A model generated the notes under the pieces. That model ran no database searches, was not told the DNA's origin, and saw nothing but the letters and a program-made list of their open reading frames with translations. This document shows positions 10,153 to 26,707 of a stretch of 64,000 nucleotides of DNA, one piece after another; positions within the stretch are counted from its first letter, which is position 1; each line of letters begins with the position of its first letter. Location: NCBI GenBank assembly GCA_040357565.1, contig JBDODJ010000062.1. One strand, 5' to 3'. The DNA comes from Cercozoa sp. M6MM. Taxonomy: Eukaryota > Protista > Endomyxa: Ascetosporea. Made by a program: the position numbers and the translations under genes.

Positions 10153-12306
10153 ATGCTCTCAGCAGTCTCAGCTTGTGACTCCTCTGCGTATGTTCGTCGT
10201 GTGCATTGTTACCTGTATACTGCCTTTCATCGCAAGGACAGTCGAAGGAAGTTGTCGATCGTCATCCCTCAGTGCTCGAGACGAAACTGGCCACAGCGAA
10301 AACGGCATGAACCCGAGCTCCAAGGCTTTGGCAGTGCGGCGCGCATCGATAAAGTTGCGCTCGTTCAAACTACAGGCACACCTGGGCGCGTATGTGCCAA
10401 TTCGTATCAAAAGGCAGTGCCACTGCAGAAGCAACTTGCGACACCCTCGCAGTCAAAGAAAGGGTACTCTGGTCTCGCGAGTCGAACGAAGCGACCGAGA
10501 TTCGGGGATGGAGGGCTTGAGCAAATATCTCGTTGGACGGCACCAGGTCCTGCCAGCTACGCGCCTCCAGTGCTACAGGCCGAACTGACAACAGACTCGA
10601 GCTCGGAGCTGCCGGCACCTTTTTTTGCTGGGGTATCGTCAACGCTCTTTCTGTTTTATAGAACTGTATTTATTGTGCCACTGACTGGATCGATTCTTCC
10701 CAGATACGTAAGGGGAAGACAGTCCTACGTGACTCTACGATAACTGCAAGCAAGCAGCGAGAAGAATCTCCGAGTCAGCTGCAAAAAAACTTAGGAGAAC
10801 AGTTCAATCCAGAGACACACTGGAAACAACACTCGAAAAGGAAGCGAACCGCCAAGATACTCGACCTGCAGCACAGGAGGCTGCGAAAAGCAACCGTCAA
10901 ATCAGTGAACTCAAGCTGCGAGTCACTTCCACCAGTTTCGAAGCGAGAACTGATGTTCTTCCGCGAACAGCACTTCCGCGAACTCGCTCTGGAAGTGAAG
11001 TTGCACAAGATCGAGCAGCTTGCCCTTGAGAAAACTCGTCAGAAGAAACAGCCAGATGTGCGACAAGCTGCTTCGGCGAGAGGGCAAACCGACGAAACAC
11101 GGCAGACGCAAACTCAAGCGAAATCCTACAGTGCTCGAGCAGTTACGGTGCCCAGAAGACACTTGGAGGAAGAACCGGAATCACCAGCACGACTGAAGAC
11201 GCAGTACAGTTTCACGAATTTGTTGCGCTCGCTTGAACACAGCGAAGATGCAACCGAGTTCGAAACAAGGCTGAAAGAAGAACCTGAAGCGAGTTGGACG
11301 ATGCTGAAACCGCCGAGTCTGGACCTGGCCTCGCTCCGTGGTGCTGATATCAGTTCCGCCTCATTCCCACCGAAACTGCCGAGTCTTCGCGCTGCTGTAT
11401 GAATTGCGCCTCAACTTTTTGTGTTTTCTTTGTCCATTTGAGAGCACTGGTTGCAGCAATGGGTGCGACGACGCGACGGGTCGAACTTCGAGGCAGGCAC
11501 AGGTGCCACGCGGCAAGCGCACCGAAAGACGCTGCTAGGTGCGATTTACATGGCGCTGCAGCAACGTGGACATGAAGCTTCGGGTTTCTTTGGCGGTTTT
11601 TCTGCTCGCGTACTACTCGTTTTTTGAGCCAAAACTACATTAAAATACAGCCCTTTCCGTATTTGGACAGTACGAGTCGGAGGAATCGAGTTCGCTCACG
11701 CCAAAGTCGGCATCAGCGACGACTGCGTCTATCCGCATCAAGACCGCCAAGCGTTTTCCGCGCAGCAGTCGAAGTAGGAGCCTGAGTACCACGGGCTCCG
11801 GCAAGCAATGTTCCAGCCGTAGCACACGAAAGCAACAACAACAACACGCTTCCGTATCCGATCTTGAAAGCATCGACGAAGGTGCACTGGCTGATGTCGA
11901 GCTCTGCTCCGGCAGGCCCGTGGTATGACTCCAGTCACTTGCTTTTTCACGAGTCAAGTTGCGAGGATTAGATGGGATGTATCTGAAGCTTGAGTCGGGA
12001 ATACACACGAGCAGCTCGACAACGACTGGGTGCTGCGATTCGCCGTTCCCGCCGGTGTCACAACGACTGCGCCACACTGCCACTCTCGCTCACGACAAAC
12101 TGAAGCTTCTGCGAACCGGTAATCGTCGCCGACTCAAACTCAGACAAAACAAGGCCCGACATTTGCGACGAGAACGACGAAGTCCCGAGGAGTCTCACAA
12201 TACGGCCGATTCCGCCGCCAATGTTACAGGCACTGGAAATGGCGAGCCGTTAACGTTGCTGATTTCGGCACCGTTTCGGCTTCCTAGTCGGAAATACTAC
12301 GACTAG
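10153..12306 (+). CDS. Hypothetical multi-exon protein with one SHIPPO-like PGPASY motif
   Basis: ORF pieces 10153-, 10703-11396, ~11444-11583, 11651-11922 and 11959-12306 can be joined at GT..AG sites. PRFG...TAPGPASY resembles a SHIPPO repeat. Confidence 0.5.
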
Positions 12307-12880
12307 ATATCGGTAATGGAGTCGCGAACTAACGGAGTCAAGTTTGTCGGCCGCCAGTGTAGGGGGGAGGGGGATAGTACAGTCTATGTACAGTACAGTT
12401 GGTACACACACACAGTGCTGCGGTATCGGCATGCTGCCCGCGTCGCGCAGAGCGCACGGTGTGCAGTCAAGTTGACGAAAAACCTACAGTACGCGGCAAG
12501 GTCGAGCGTCGTCTATCGTATCACGATCGATCTCGACTCTTATCAGTCGAACCAAGTCCTCCGCGGAACATGACCTCAGTTGTGTAGATTTACTGTAAAA
12601 AGCTACGTTAAAGTTGAATGGAGTTTGGTGATTCTGTCGGTCGGGTGTGCCATTCACAAAAACTGGTCCTGTCTGAGGTACTGTTGCCTTTAGATCGAGG
12701 AAGCTTGACTTCTTTCGTTTGACGTCGCTCGACTTGACTAATCTCGCACTACACTCGACTATAACCTGGCGGCAGAACGCAACGCGACGCGACGGTGGAC
12801 TACGAACAAGTCGATCGAAGCTGAGAAAGTATCGTCCGTTGGCCAGTTCGTTCAGTTCGAATTCAGCGCAGTGCTGGCGG

Positions 12881-16337
<3,457 letters not shown>

Positions 16338-16583
16338 CCGCGCGAAAATTTGATTGCACTTGACGCCCGAGTTTTGAGCTCTTGACCTAACCAATGTGTG
16401 TTCAACACGTGCCTCACACGCGTGCGCACAAACGGGTGTATGTATTCGCTAGGGTGACGGTGACGTTTTTAAACTTTTTAGTTTTTAAAGAGGGTTTTGT
16501 TTTGATTTAACCGTACAACGCAATACGGATTTTCGTTCGGCAGCAGCTGCTGTTTTTTGGTCTTCTCGATACCGTCTCACGAT

Positions 16584-17791
16584 TTAAAGCGACGAAGCCG
16601 GCTGCGGCGTCGATCCTTGGTACTCGACACCGGCACATTCGCAACTTAAAACAAACAAAACAACAGTTCTCGGGCCGAAAACAGAACAGCTTAAAAGAAT
16701 CTGGATACATTTGTTCCATGCGATCACTTCCAAAGAAGGGCACCTTGCCGCCACTGCAAAAATATTTTAGTTTCTTGAGGTTTTGGATGGGAAAGGGTCA
16801 AGAACACCTTTCAGTTGTCACAACAATCCAGGGAGCTCCAAATGCGCCCAGTTCAGATGCTTCATCCTGTTCGAAGGGACATGAGAACTCAAAGAATAGT
16901 CAGGAGAGAAGTTGAGGGTGGAATTTACCGTGTTGGCACGCAACAAGTTCTTGACTGAGTCAGAGTTGGCCTTTTCTGTATCGAATATTCTCCACGTCAG
17001 TCGAATCAAGTCAAGTCAGTCAAGTCAAGTTCAGTTCAGTTCGCTGTACCCAGTAGAGTAGCAACCGTGTCCTCCGGCAGTGCACTCAGGATGGCTGGCA
17101 AGTCCTCCTGTCCACCAGCACAGAGTAAAAGCAGCTGAACAGGAAAAGTACGCTATCAAAAACAAAATCAACAGTTTCACAAGGCGACTTGTCACGCCAC
17201 GTCCCGTACCACAGCAGGCGCGAAACCTCTGTTCGCACACTTATCTATACACAGAAAACTGGAAAGTTCCCGTACAATTGTACCCTCACACAAAGCAGGA
17301 CCGCCGTGCTCGAGTGCTGCAGTCGCAACACGCATCAAAGGCAGACTGCGAAACAACACTTGTGGCGAGTGCAGTCCCTTCAACGGCACCTTGAAGTGTT
17401 TGGCACCGCTTTAATTCGCACAAACACGATCAGTCAGTGATCAGTCAGTCGGTTAGCAAAATACAAAGAAGTCTACCGTTGCAAATCCAGCATCATGTAG
17501 CGATTCTTGTACGGATTGAAACCGGGCGGTTTGTTGTTGGCGTTTTTCATTATTCCGCCCAGATACATCTAAGTTAAGCGGAGGTAACTAGCATAACACC
17601 GGATGATACAATACAGTCATCATATCATACAGGGCGCAGATGCAGATCAATCAGCTTCGCCTTTTGGTAGCGCAGAAGTGTCTCAAACGCGAGCCTAACA
17701 AACAGCCGTGCTACATCAAGTACCAACAACACAGTTGTTCGTACCACGAATACGGTGACACGCAGTCATAGAAAACATCGATTCGGCGCAT
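16584..17791 (-). CDS. GSTK1: Glutathione S-transferase kappa (DsbA/HCCA-isomerase fold)
   Basis: MRRIDVFYDCVSPYSWLAFETLLRY...LRPMYLGGIMKNANNKPPG, then GAFGAPWIV and FFGSDRMEQ; the spliced model ends -PASSL*. Confidence 0.93.
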
Positions 17792-18080
17792 GGTCCACTC
17801 TGTCTCAGGAAGCCAACTCCCAAAAATAATACTGCACCGAAAATACAGTACAGTAAATCCTTCAGTACCGGACGGTAGTAAACTGACTTTACTAGCAATG
17901 TACACAGAATGTGCTCACGTTCGTGCCAATACACTTGAGATTTGCTTCAAGTTGCTCTGCCGTCTAGATACGGGAGCAATGATCTCGCAGCTTGGCTTTT
18001 TAATTATCGCGAAACCTGTCTTTGGAGTAATTCGGTCTAAACAACTAACAGCGTACTTTTTTAGTTGGGACGGCATGCTC

Positions 18081-20600
18081 TCAGTTGGCAGGAAACACGA
18101 GTAATTGCGTATCGCGCGAGCCGAGGTTCGTGGTAGCGATCTCGGCCAGAGCGTCGTCGTTCGTGCGCACCTCGCCAACGGCAAAGTCACCGGACGGTGC
18201 GCGCGGAAAGGTGCGTGTCGGCACCAGTCGCATGTTGTGCAGCACGAAGCGTTTCTCGGCGTCGTCGTAGGCGATCGATAGTCGCATGATGCCTCCCGAG
18301 TCGCCGGACGTTCCCACTAACGCGACGCGCGCGGTGCACCTACCATATGGCATTTTAGGGTTGCTATGCCGTCACCGGTCAGTTTAGATTACTGCTGCTC
18401 GACACAAGCAGAGCCGAAGGACCAGCCGAAGTTGTCCAACGGAGCGCCAAACACTTGCGTGATTTCTTCGAGCGAGAATTTGACGGTTTTGGCGGCATCT
18501 CCGATCACACGGCCCTGCTGATCGAGACGTGTGCCGATCAGCAGCAAGGAACCCTCACGGTAGTCGCCGGTCAATATCTCGGGTGCACCATCGCCGTCGA
18601 GATCACCTATCGTTACACATTCAGTACTGTCAGCACTAGTCGTTTGTACTCGAGGGATGAGTTTGTCGCTACCCAAGTAGGCACCGCCTTGGATACCAGC
18701 CCACTGGGTGCGTGCGATTGTGTCGTCGTAGTAGAGACCACCTCCAGGGTATTCGCCTGCCTCCTCAGTGTCGCGCAGGAAGCCCAGTACCAGTGTGCGC
18801 TCATTGTGCCTGTCGATGATTCTCTTGCCACTGCCGGACGCGTTGTTGTCGTAGAACACGAGTGCCACTCGGCCAGGGTAGCGCAACGACTCGTCGCAGT
18901 TCGGGTCGCAGGGTCGAATCGCAAAGCTCCCGAACACTGACACTGAGCCTCGGGGCGTTTCGTAGGTGTCGATGCGACGCGTTCCCAGCGAGTTCTCCCC
19001 GCGGGAGATAACTTGGACGGGCACTGTGCTCTCTCCTGCAGATGCTGACAGTGGAAACCTCTGTGTTCCTTTCACCTGTACACATCAAGAGTTGCCACCT
19101 GTAAACTTACTGCACAGTACACTATACTGTATTACTGTATGATTGGTGAAACTCACTTCGCCCGTGCCTTGTTTCAGGTAGAAGATGATGCCAATCGGTC
19201 CCTCCATGGGCCCTGCTCCAACCAGGTATGCATGCAGTAGAGAGTTCACTCAGACGAGTAATAATAATGGACCTGTTCTTCCATCCGGCACAAACATCAA
19301 CTCATTCAATCCGTCATTGTCCAGCTGCACATCAAGTTTCAGTAGTATGTAAATTACTGTACCGTACCGTACAGAGCCAGCTATGCCAGTGAGGCAAAGT
19401 TTACATCTCGAAACACTCCGACGGTTAGAGGTATCTGTGAGCCAGAGACCACGCGTTCCTGTCGCGCCCACGCGTTCCTGTCGCGCCCACTCGGTCACCT
19501 CCACTCGGTCCTCCTGCGACACAGCGTATTTACCAAGAACAGTTGAGTACAGTACCAGTACAGAAACGTTACCTCGACCTCAATTTTGTAGACAACGAGG
19601 TCTGTTCCACTCAAGCCTCCAAACAGCGCCACCTCGCTCAAGATTAGTTCATCAATGCCGTCGCCATCAACATCCAGTAGTGCTACGCCACCTGTGTGTA
19701 CATATTTGTGTTACATACTAATATCATAGATAGCAGAAAGCATTAATACTGTGCGTACCGGTGGTGTTTTTCGTTCCCAACTGCCACTCGCGTACCAGCG
19801 ACAGGTCGCCCTGCGGTATCCAAGCTGCGCATATATCCGACATTGCGCTTCTGTGTCAGTTTGTGTGACTCCCATCTCAGTTCTCTTTACGCGAGTTTGG
19901 GGACAAGCCGGCGCAGAAGCTTTCGTCACACGCTCGCTCGCGCCTGTCGCAGGCAGCCTCCCCGCAGAACTCGCCTAAAGTTCACATCTCGATGTATGAT
20001 ACACTGATAAGATACTAGTGAGTACCGACAGTACTGTATGGACACTATCCAAATGTTCTTATCTAATTGCTAGTGATTGATTATTACCGCGGACTTCATC
20101 ACGCAACGGGTTGTACAAGTAGGTGCAACGCGACAACTGCGTGCTGACGCAAGTTGATCCGCTTTCAAAAAACCAACGACATGACCTACGGTGTCAAAGT
20201 AAGTTGCAACAACTGAACTGAAGTACCTTCCTTGGTGCATGCCAAGGTGACACTTGGACCCGAACTGTGGCAACGGTTCAAAGTCCCACACGCACTGCGT
20301 GAGAGAGGGACACGCGCTCAACGGGCACTCACTGCGTTTAGTTCATTGAATCGATTTTAGTTCAGTTTTTGCGATTAAAGATGACTAGCAATTAGAGAAG
20401 TACATTTGGATGGTGTCACTCGGGTTCACCGGGTTGAAGCAGCGACGAGCGCATGCCGTTCTTAACTGAAAGATTGTGAAATCTGTCAGTTTTATTTTTC
20501 GGTTTCAGTTAACTTAAATTGTACTGTACCCCATCAGGCACTGGCGAACAGCTATGCCAAAGCGAATACCCAACGGGGCACAAAGATGTCATCCAGTTGC
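18081..20600 (-). CDS. FG-GAP (integrin-alpha-type beta-propeller) repeat protein with a Cys-rich N-terminal part; start uncertain
   Basis: Ca-binding DxDGDG-type motifs LDVDGDGIDELI, LDNDGLNELM and IGDLDGDGAPEILTG, plus NFGWSFG. Confidence 0.7.
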
Positions 20601-21020
20601 TCTAACGTCCAGTTCACTTTGAATTGCGGTCCCGGTTCAGTCAGATGGCTGAAATGCAAAGTGTCAAGGCACCCCAGGTGACGCCGGGGGAACCGAAACC
20701 TTAGTTTTCGGGCTTTGAATCCAAACTGAAACCGTGACCGTTGCGGGCTTCATACGATATGTGTGTTACAGACTGACTTAGATTAGGCAGTCTCCGCGTG
20801 CGTGGATGAACCTAGGCTGACCATTTGTCTCCAATATTGAAGGCATTGAAGGCTTGAAGCAAAAAAGAAGCATCTTCATGTTTTAGCTTCCGTTCGGTCG
20901 ACCGGCACTAGTCAAAGCGTAAAACACCACGTGCGGTTACCATATATACGGGTGGCACCGATGCTTAACAGTTAATCATAACGTAAAATGCAACCTGAGC
21001 GACGGCAAATCGAGACGTAA

Positions 21021-21139
21021 TCATACGAAGAAGGCAAAGTAGGTCATGAGCAGCAGCACGGCCATCAACACGAAGATCAGGCAAATGTATTTGCGACTGC
21101 GCGTGCCTGTTTGGCCACACGGAGTAGGTACAGCATGCA

Positions 21140-21180
<41 letters not shown>

Positions 21181-21282
21181 NNNNNNNNNNNNNNNNNNNN
21201 NNNNNNNNNNNNNNNNNNNNNNNNNNNNNNNNNNNNNNNNNNNNNNNNNNNNNNNNNNNNNNNNNNNNNNNNNNNNNNNNCT

Positions 21283-21313
<31 letters not shown>

Positions 21314-22614
21314 ACACACTCACACACACACACACACAATCGACCAAGCGACAAGCAGCGGGGGGGGGGGGGGTACCCAGGATCTTGTGCATCATCTGCA
21401 TGGCATGCTCCATGCGCGCACTCACCTGAACGACGGAACACACAGACTCGCCGTTGATACACTAGAAAACAACTGCACAACACACCTCATCAGCACGGTC
21501 CTCGATTTCGCCGAGCAGTTCGTTGTGCTCCTACCTCACACAACGAAATCCAAAGAAAAGACAAGAGTTTATAGGGTAAAAGGGTAGAACGAAGGGCTAA
21601 AGTAGTGCGATACAGTTAGCTCTTGGTTCATGTCGTCGGTCATAACGCCCAGTCGCTGCAACGAGGCCAACATGTCGTCCATCACCTCGTCCTGCTCGGC
21701 ACGCGTCTCCTCCTGCGGCGGCGAGGGGAGGGGTAGGATGGATACTGGAGGGGGTGGGGGGTGGGTAAAGTTACAAGCTGCTGCTGCTGCTGCGTGACAA
21801 AGTCGACATTGTGCCGGTCCACTTCTTGTTGAACAGTGTCGCGTGCTCTATCGACCCGTCGCGCCTGCCGGGGCTCAATGAATGGTGAAAGAGGGGGAGA
21901 GATGGAAGGAGCAAACGGTACCGACTGCTCGTCGCGTCGCTCTTTCTGCGTCGTTTCGTGCGAGCGCAGCTGCTCGCGACACTGACGAAACGCAACAACT
22001 GTTCGAAAGAGCACACACAACATATGGCAACAAGGCATACCTCACTCACGATGCCATGTGCTTCCGCAGCGAATGCACTGAAACAACCAGTTTCACAACT
22101 TAAGAACAGAACAAACGAAAGCTACCGCCGTCGGTCAAGTTCGCCGTCGTCAATGTGCACAAAGCGTGCTCTGTCAGCTACAAAAAACAGGATAATGCCG
22201 AAACCAGCAGGACAGAAACGAACCTTCAACAGCTGCAACTGCATTTTGCGCTGACTTGACGCGTTTTTCGACTTTTTTAAGCGTCGCCGTGGCCTGCAAA
22301 CCCAGCAACACGGTCGCTCAATCAGTCAACACAAAATGCGGAGAAACGCAGCTCTACCTGATGCTTCAAGCGCTCATACCTCTCGTTCCTGCAGACAGCA
22401 TCGATGAAATCACACCAAAACTCTCAAAACAACCTCCTACCGGTACGTGTTCTCTGAATCGCGCACCTTCCTGTTCAATTTGGCACAAAGCAGATACAGT
22501 GACTCCGAATCCCAAAAGAGCAAAAACGAACCGCCACAGCGCGACATCGTCTTGCAAACGACCCAAGGCCTGCTGGATCTTTCGCTGGAGGAGGAAGAAT
22601 GGGTCGTTGTCCAT
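21021..22614 (-). CDS. STX6: Syntaxin-6/Tlg1/SYP61-like Qc-SNARE; contains N gap 21181-21280
   Basis: N-terminal DPFF, ID.GEL.RRR, SNARE motif EQDEVMDDMLASLQRLGVMTDDMNQEL..HNELL, C-terminal transmembrane anchor ICLIFVLMAVLLLMTYFAFFV*. Confidence 0.85.
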
Positions 22615-22840
22615 CTTTCAAGCCACTCGTGACAAGAAAACAATTAGTGGCTTAGCAACGCAACTCGTGTGCGCACAGGGTATCTTTTGCTGCACTGCCA
22701 CGCCCAGATACACCTGATCTGTGCCTGAGCCTGCCTGATCGACTTGAAAAATACAAAATCACCAGCTGCCAGAGACATCACCAACCATTTTTGTTGTGAA
22801 GTTACGCGTGTTTCGCGAAGTAAATGAGTTGTGAGCCGCT

Positions 22841-22940
22841 GCACCGTGGAAGCCTCCGGGCGAGCTCGACACCGCCGGGGGCATCGGCACCGACGCTGCA
22901 TTGCAAGCCGATGGAGTCATGGACGACCGCGAGAAGGTGT
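22841..22940 (+). ncRNA. Candidate multi-branched structured RNA/DNA element
   Basis: Stems gcacc/ggtgt, cgtgg/ccgcg, gcctccgg/ccgggggc and catcggc/gccgatg, three of them with G-U pairs on the plus strand. Confidence 0.3.
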
Positions 22941-23201
22941 CTGTGTTACCTTGAGAGTTTGATGATATTGATATTGACGATTCACTGTTGCGGCAAAGAA
23001 ACATGTGACTTTACTGGTAAAACTACCTGTAAAGTTACATGTAATTTTACATGAAACTTTACTTGTAAACATACCTCACGAATTTGCCACTTTTCGCCTC
23101 GCCAATCGAATTGCCATGGAATGTAATGTAATTTACGGCAAAGAAAACAAACAAAACTACGCTACGACAGTACTAGTATCTCTCAGTCTGGACACAATAT
23201 T

Positions 23202-25379
23202 TTAGCTCGCGTGGGCGGCGATCTCAGCCTGCTTCTCGGCCAAGAAGCGAGCGGCCTTGCTGGCCTGTCTCAAATGTACGTGGTATAGATGTGTACATAG
23301 TGTAAGTACATAGATATATATACATATATATATACCGGCATGAACTTGGCAGCCTCGTGCATCTGCTTCTCGAGGATGAAGATGGTGCCCTCGGCGTTGC
23401 CGGGCATGGCCTTGACCTCTTCCAAGTAGGCCTCGGCCTCCTTGAGCTCGTTCTGCGCCGCCTCGAGCTTAGCCGCGGCCTCGGCTGCCGCCTGTCGGGG
23501 GTAGGGGTAGGGGGTAGGGGTAGAGTAGAGTAGGGTAGGGGTAAAACAAGAGTACCGCCTTGGCAGCACTGGCGGCTTCCTCAGCAGCAGCAGCGGCAGC
23601 AGCAGATCTACATGTTGGGGGTAAAGGAGTGGGAGCGAGGTAGGGTAAGAAACGTACTGCTTGGCAGCAGCGGCCGATTTGGCAGCGGCAGCGCCAGCCG
23701 CTTGCGCCGTCGAGCGTGCCTACAGAAACGAGATACTTACCCCCCCCCCCCCACCCCCAGTGTATAGAGACATACGTTATCGGCAGCGTCGGAGGCGATC
23801 TTGGTCACCTTGCGCTGTCGCTTGAGTGCCGATTCTTGAGTGATCTTGGCGCGACGCAGCGGCAGCGGGTCCTCGCTCTTGACCTAGAGGGAGAGGGGTA
23901 AAGGAGGGGTGTGAGGGGGGGGGGGGTAACTACCTGAGCCAGCTCGGCAGCCGCACGATTGCGAGTCACGATGCCAATGCTCTATGAGGGGGGGGGGGGG
24001 GGCAACGGGGCTCGAGTGCGGGGGGGGGGGCAAGATTACCGAGTCGGTGCTCTTGGCCTCAAGCTCGGCGATCTTGCCGTTGTAGGCATCCTCCTCGGCC
24101 TTGAGTGCATCCACGGCCTGCTGCACCTCGGCTTCGGCCGCCTTGGCAACGTCCTCGGCCGCCTGGGACAGAAGGGTAAAGGGAAGGGTAAAGAGTAGGG
24201 GGAGGGTAGGATAGGAGGGATATGGTAGGGTAGGGTAGGAGAGGTAGGGGTAGGAGGGTAAAAACCTGAGCCTCGTCGGCGGCCGCCTTGGCAACAGCTT
24301 CGGCCGCCGACGCTTTCTCGGCCTCCTCGGCCGCCGCCGCGGCTTCGGCGCGCGCCTCCTTGGCTGAGGGGAGTAAGGGGGTAAGGGGGTAAGGGATTAA
24401 GGGCGGGGCTAAACAGTCCTACCCTTCTCAACAGCGAAGAGCTCGGCCTCCACCGACGCCTTGCGTGCCTGCGAGGCCACCGCGAAAGCTGCGTCGCAAA
24501 CAAGGTTGTTTATCCGTCGGTACTACCTCTCTGAGATAGTAGGACAGGCAGTACCTTCTTGCACCTTCTTGAGACGAGTCTCGGCCTCCTATGGGAAGGG
24601 ATACAAAGCTAGGGCAGGGGGGTTAAAAGAGGGAGGGTAAACGCACCTGCAGAGCAGCGCCGTTGCTCGACTGCGGTCGCGTCACCAGCGCCGTCACGTC
24701 CTAGGGGGAAGGGGTAAATGGGGGTAGGGGGCTAACATGTGCAAGCCTACCAGGTTGTAACGGAACACAAGGAATTCAACGAGCGCCATTTTGCCATTGA
24801 AGTCGAGATCAATCTCACGCAGCCTACGGGGGGGGGGGGGGGGGCTAAAGAAGGCAGGAGGTGAAAGAGCGCTAAATTGATCGAACGCACTTCTTGCGCA
24901 GCGCGAGCACCGTGATGGCACCGTCGGTTTGTTCCAAGAATCGGTGCGACTCAAACTCGTCAAGCTCCTGCCCAATTGTTAAAGATCTAGAATAGCAAAC
25001 GGAACAAACCACTCAGTAGCACCAAAAACTTACGTTGCCATCCTCGGCAGCATCGTCAAGCTCAACGAACTTCTCAGCGTAGCCATAAACTGCACCAAGA
25101 TTCAAACAAATACAAAAAAAGCAAAACGCCAACAAACAACTGCAACTGAACTCTTAAAGAACAACCTCAAGTCAAGTCAACTCACCGCTATCGGCCTCCT
25201 CGGCAAGGCCGTCGTTCCAGAAGGCATTGAGAACCCACTTGGCCTGGTCCCAGTGGTTCTTGGCCACTGCGCAGGACGGTAAAGGGGTTTTCCCTTGCGA
25301 GGGTAAGGGCAAAAGCACAAGGCAAAAACGCACCGATGTCGGCAAAGCCGTTCTTCAGCTCGTCGGTCAGCTTCGACAT
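23202..25379 (-). CDS. ABP34/TolA-like EF-hand calcium-regulated actin-bundling protein with Ala-rich coiled-coil inserts
   Basis: DQAKWVLNAFW, ELDEFESHRFLE, LREIDLDFNGKMALVEFLVFRY (EF-hand), AELAQVKSEDPLPLRRAKIT and GTIFILEKQMHEAAKFMP: the motif order of the Dictyostelium 34-kDa bundling protein family. Confidence 0.8.
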
Positions 25380-25902
25380 GTTTTGTTTTCGCTCGTTTTT
25401 GTGCACGCCCAAAAGGAGGGAAACCCTGCAAAAAGGGGAACTCGTATCCATCACACGCACCTCCGGCCAGAACGAGTCCCAATACCTGACCCTTACCTAG
25501 TGGTTGCTCAAACAAGGTGCAGCAAACTAATTTTAGACGATGCTGTGACGTTTTTTGAAAAACACGCACACGCGCGCACGGTTTTACCGATGGAATCAAG
25601 TGGACCTCGTTTTGGACAGATTTTCGACTCATACTCGTCGTGCCAAGCACAGTGAGACTGGCGACTGACGTCTCCGCGAGTGTCAGTAGGTAGCTGTTGT
25701 TTACGCTGGTATGGCATTTTGGCCCGTTCGATGTTACTTTGTTTTCTTCTTTTTGGCTTGGCCTGAAGTGCCCCCAGCGGGATTGCTTGGAGTGCTGGCA
25801 GTGGGTTAGGGTTCATTTCGAGTGTTACACACTGTGAAGCGTGTTATGTCGTGTCTCTGGGGCCAATTGTTTTTTTTTCGTTCTTCAGTAGAAAACGACA
25901 AG

Positions 25903-26521
25903 ATGCCGCCAAGAAAGGTCTCCAAGAAGATCCTCCTGCCGAGTACGCTTCCCGTTTTGTCAATTGTCTTGTGTATGTGTGAGCGTCTGAGGGAATGCCT
26001 GTTCTGAATTGCAGTCTACGCGCTGTTCAAGTTCTTGCAAACGGAATCACATGTAGCTTTTAGTTTTTCGCAAGATCCTTCCGGGATTTAGAAAGCAAGC
26101 ATCCACGAGTGTTGTTGCAGGTGCAAGTAATGCTGTACGAAAACACGGACATGCGTCTTGAGGGCACTCTTTCGGTACGAAATTTTGCTGCTGATACGGA
26201 GTGTGTCGTCGCTAGCTAGTATGGGTGTTTTATTGTAGGGCCTGGACGAGTTCATGAACATTGTGCTGTCGGACGCCGTGGAGATCTCGCTCAAGCACGA
26301 GACGCGCACGCCTGTTGGGTACACCTAACTCTTAGGTTTGTTGAACGTGTGCTGCCGTTAATTTGTACCTTGTATCTGTGTGCAGCAAGGTGCTGCTCAA
26401 GGGTGACAACATCACGGTATGTCCTTCTGTGCGATTGCTTAATTTAGTGTCACCAAATCACTGTTTTCTTCTTATTTAGAGCATCTTCCGCATCAAGGCT
26501 CCAGGCGCTGGCGAGTCGTAG
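25903..26521 (+). CDS. SNRPE: Small nuclear ribonucleoprotein E (SmE), 6 exons
   Basis: Spliced product MPPRKVSKKILLPIYALFKFLQTESHVQVMLYENTDMRLEGTLSGLDEFMNIVLSDAVEISLKHETRTPVGKVLLKGDNIT... Confidence 0.93.
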
Positions 26522-26707
26522 ATTCGGGAAAAGCCGGCTTCCGTTCACTTCACGTCAAGTTCACTTGAGCCCAAACGGACGCGAACCCTAGTCGTGATCT
26601 TACGCAACGTACTATATACCCTTGAAACACATGGGTAGGACGTAATCCATCCGATCGGTTTCCATCCGTCAGATAAATATCGTGAAGTGCTTGACTCACA
26701 AGCAGGC

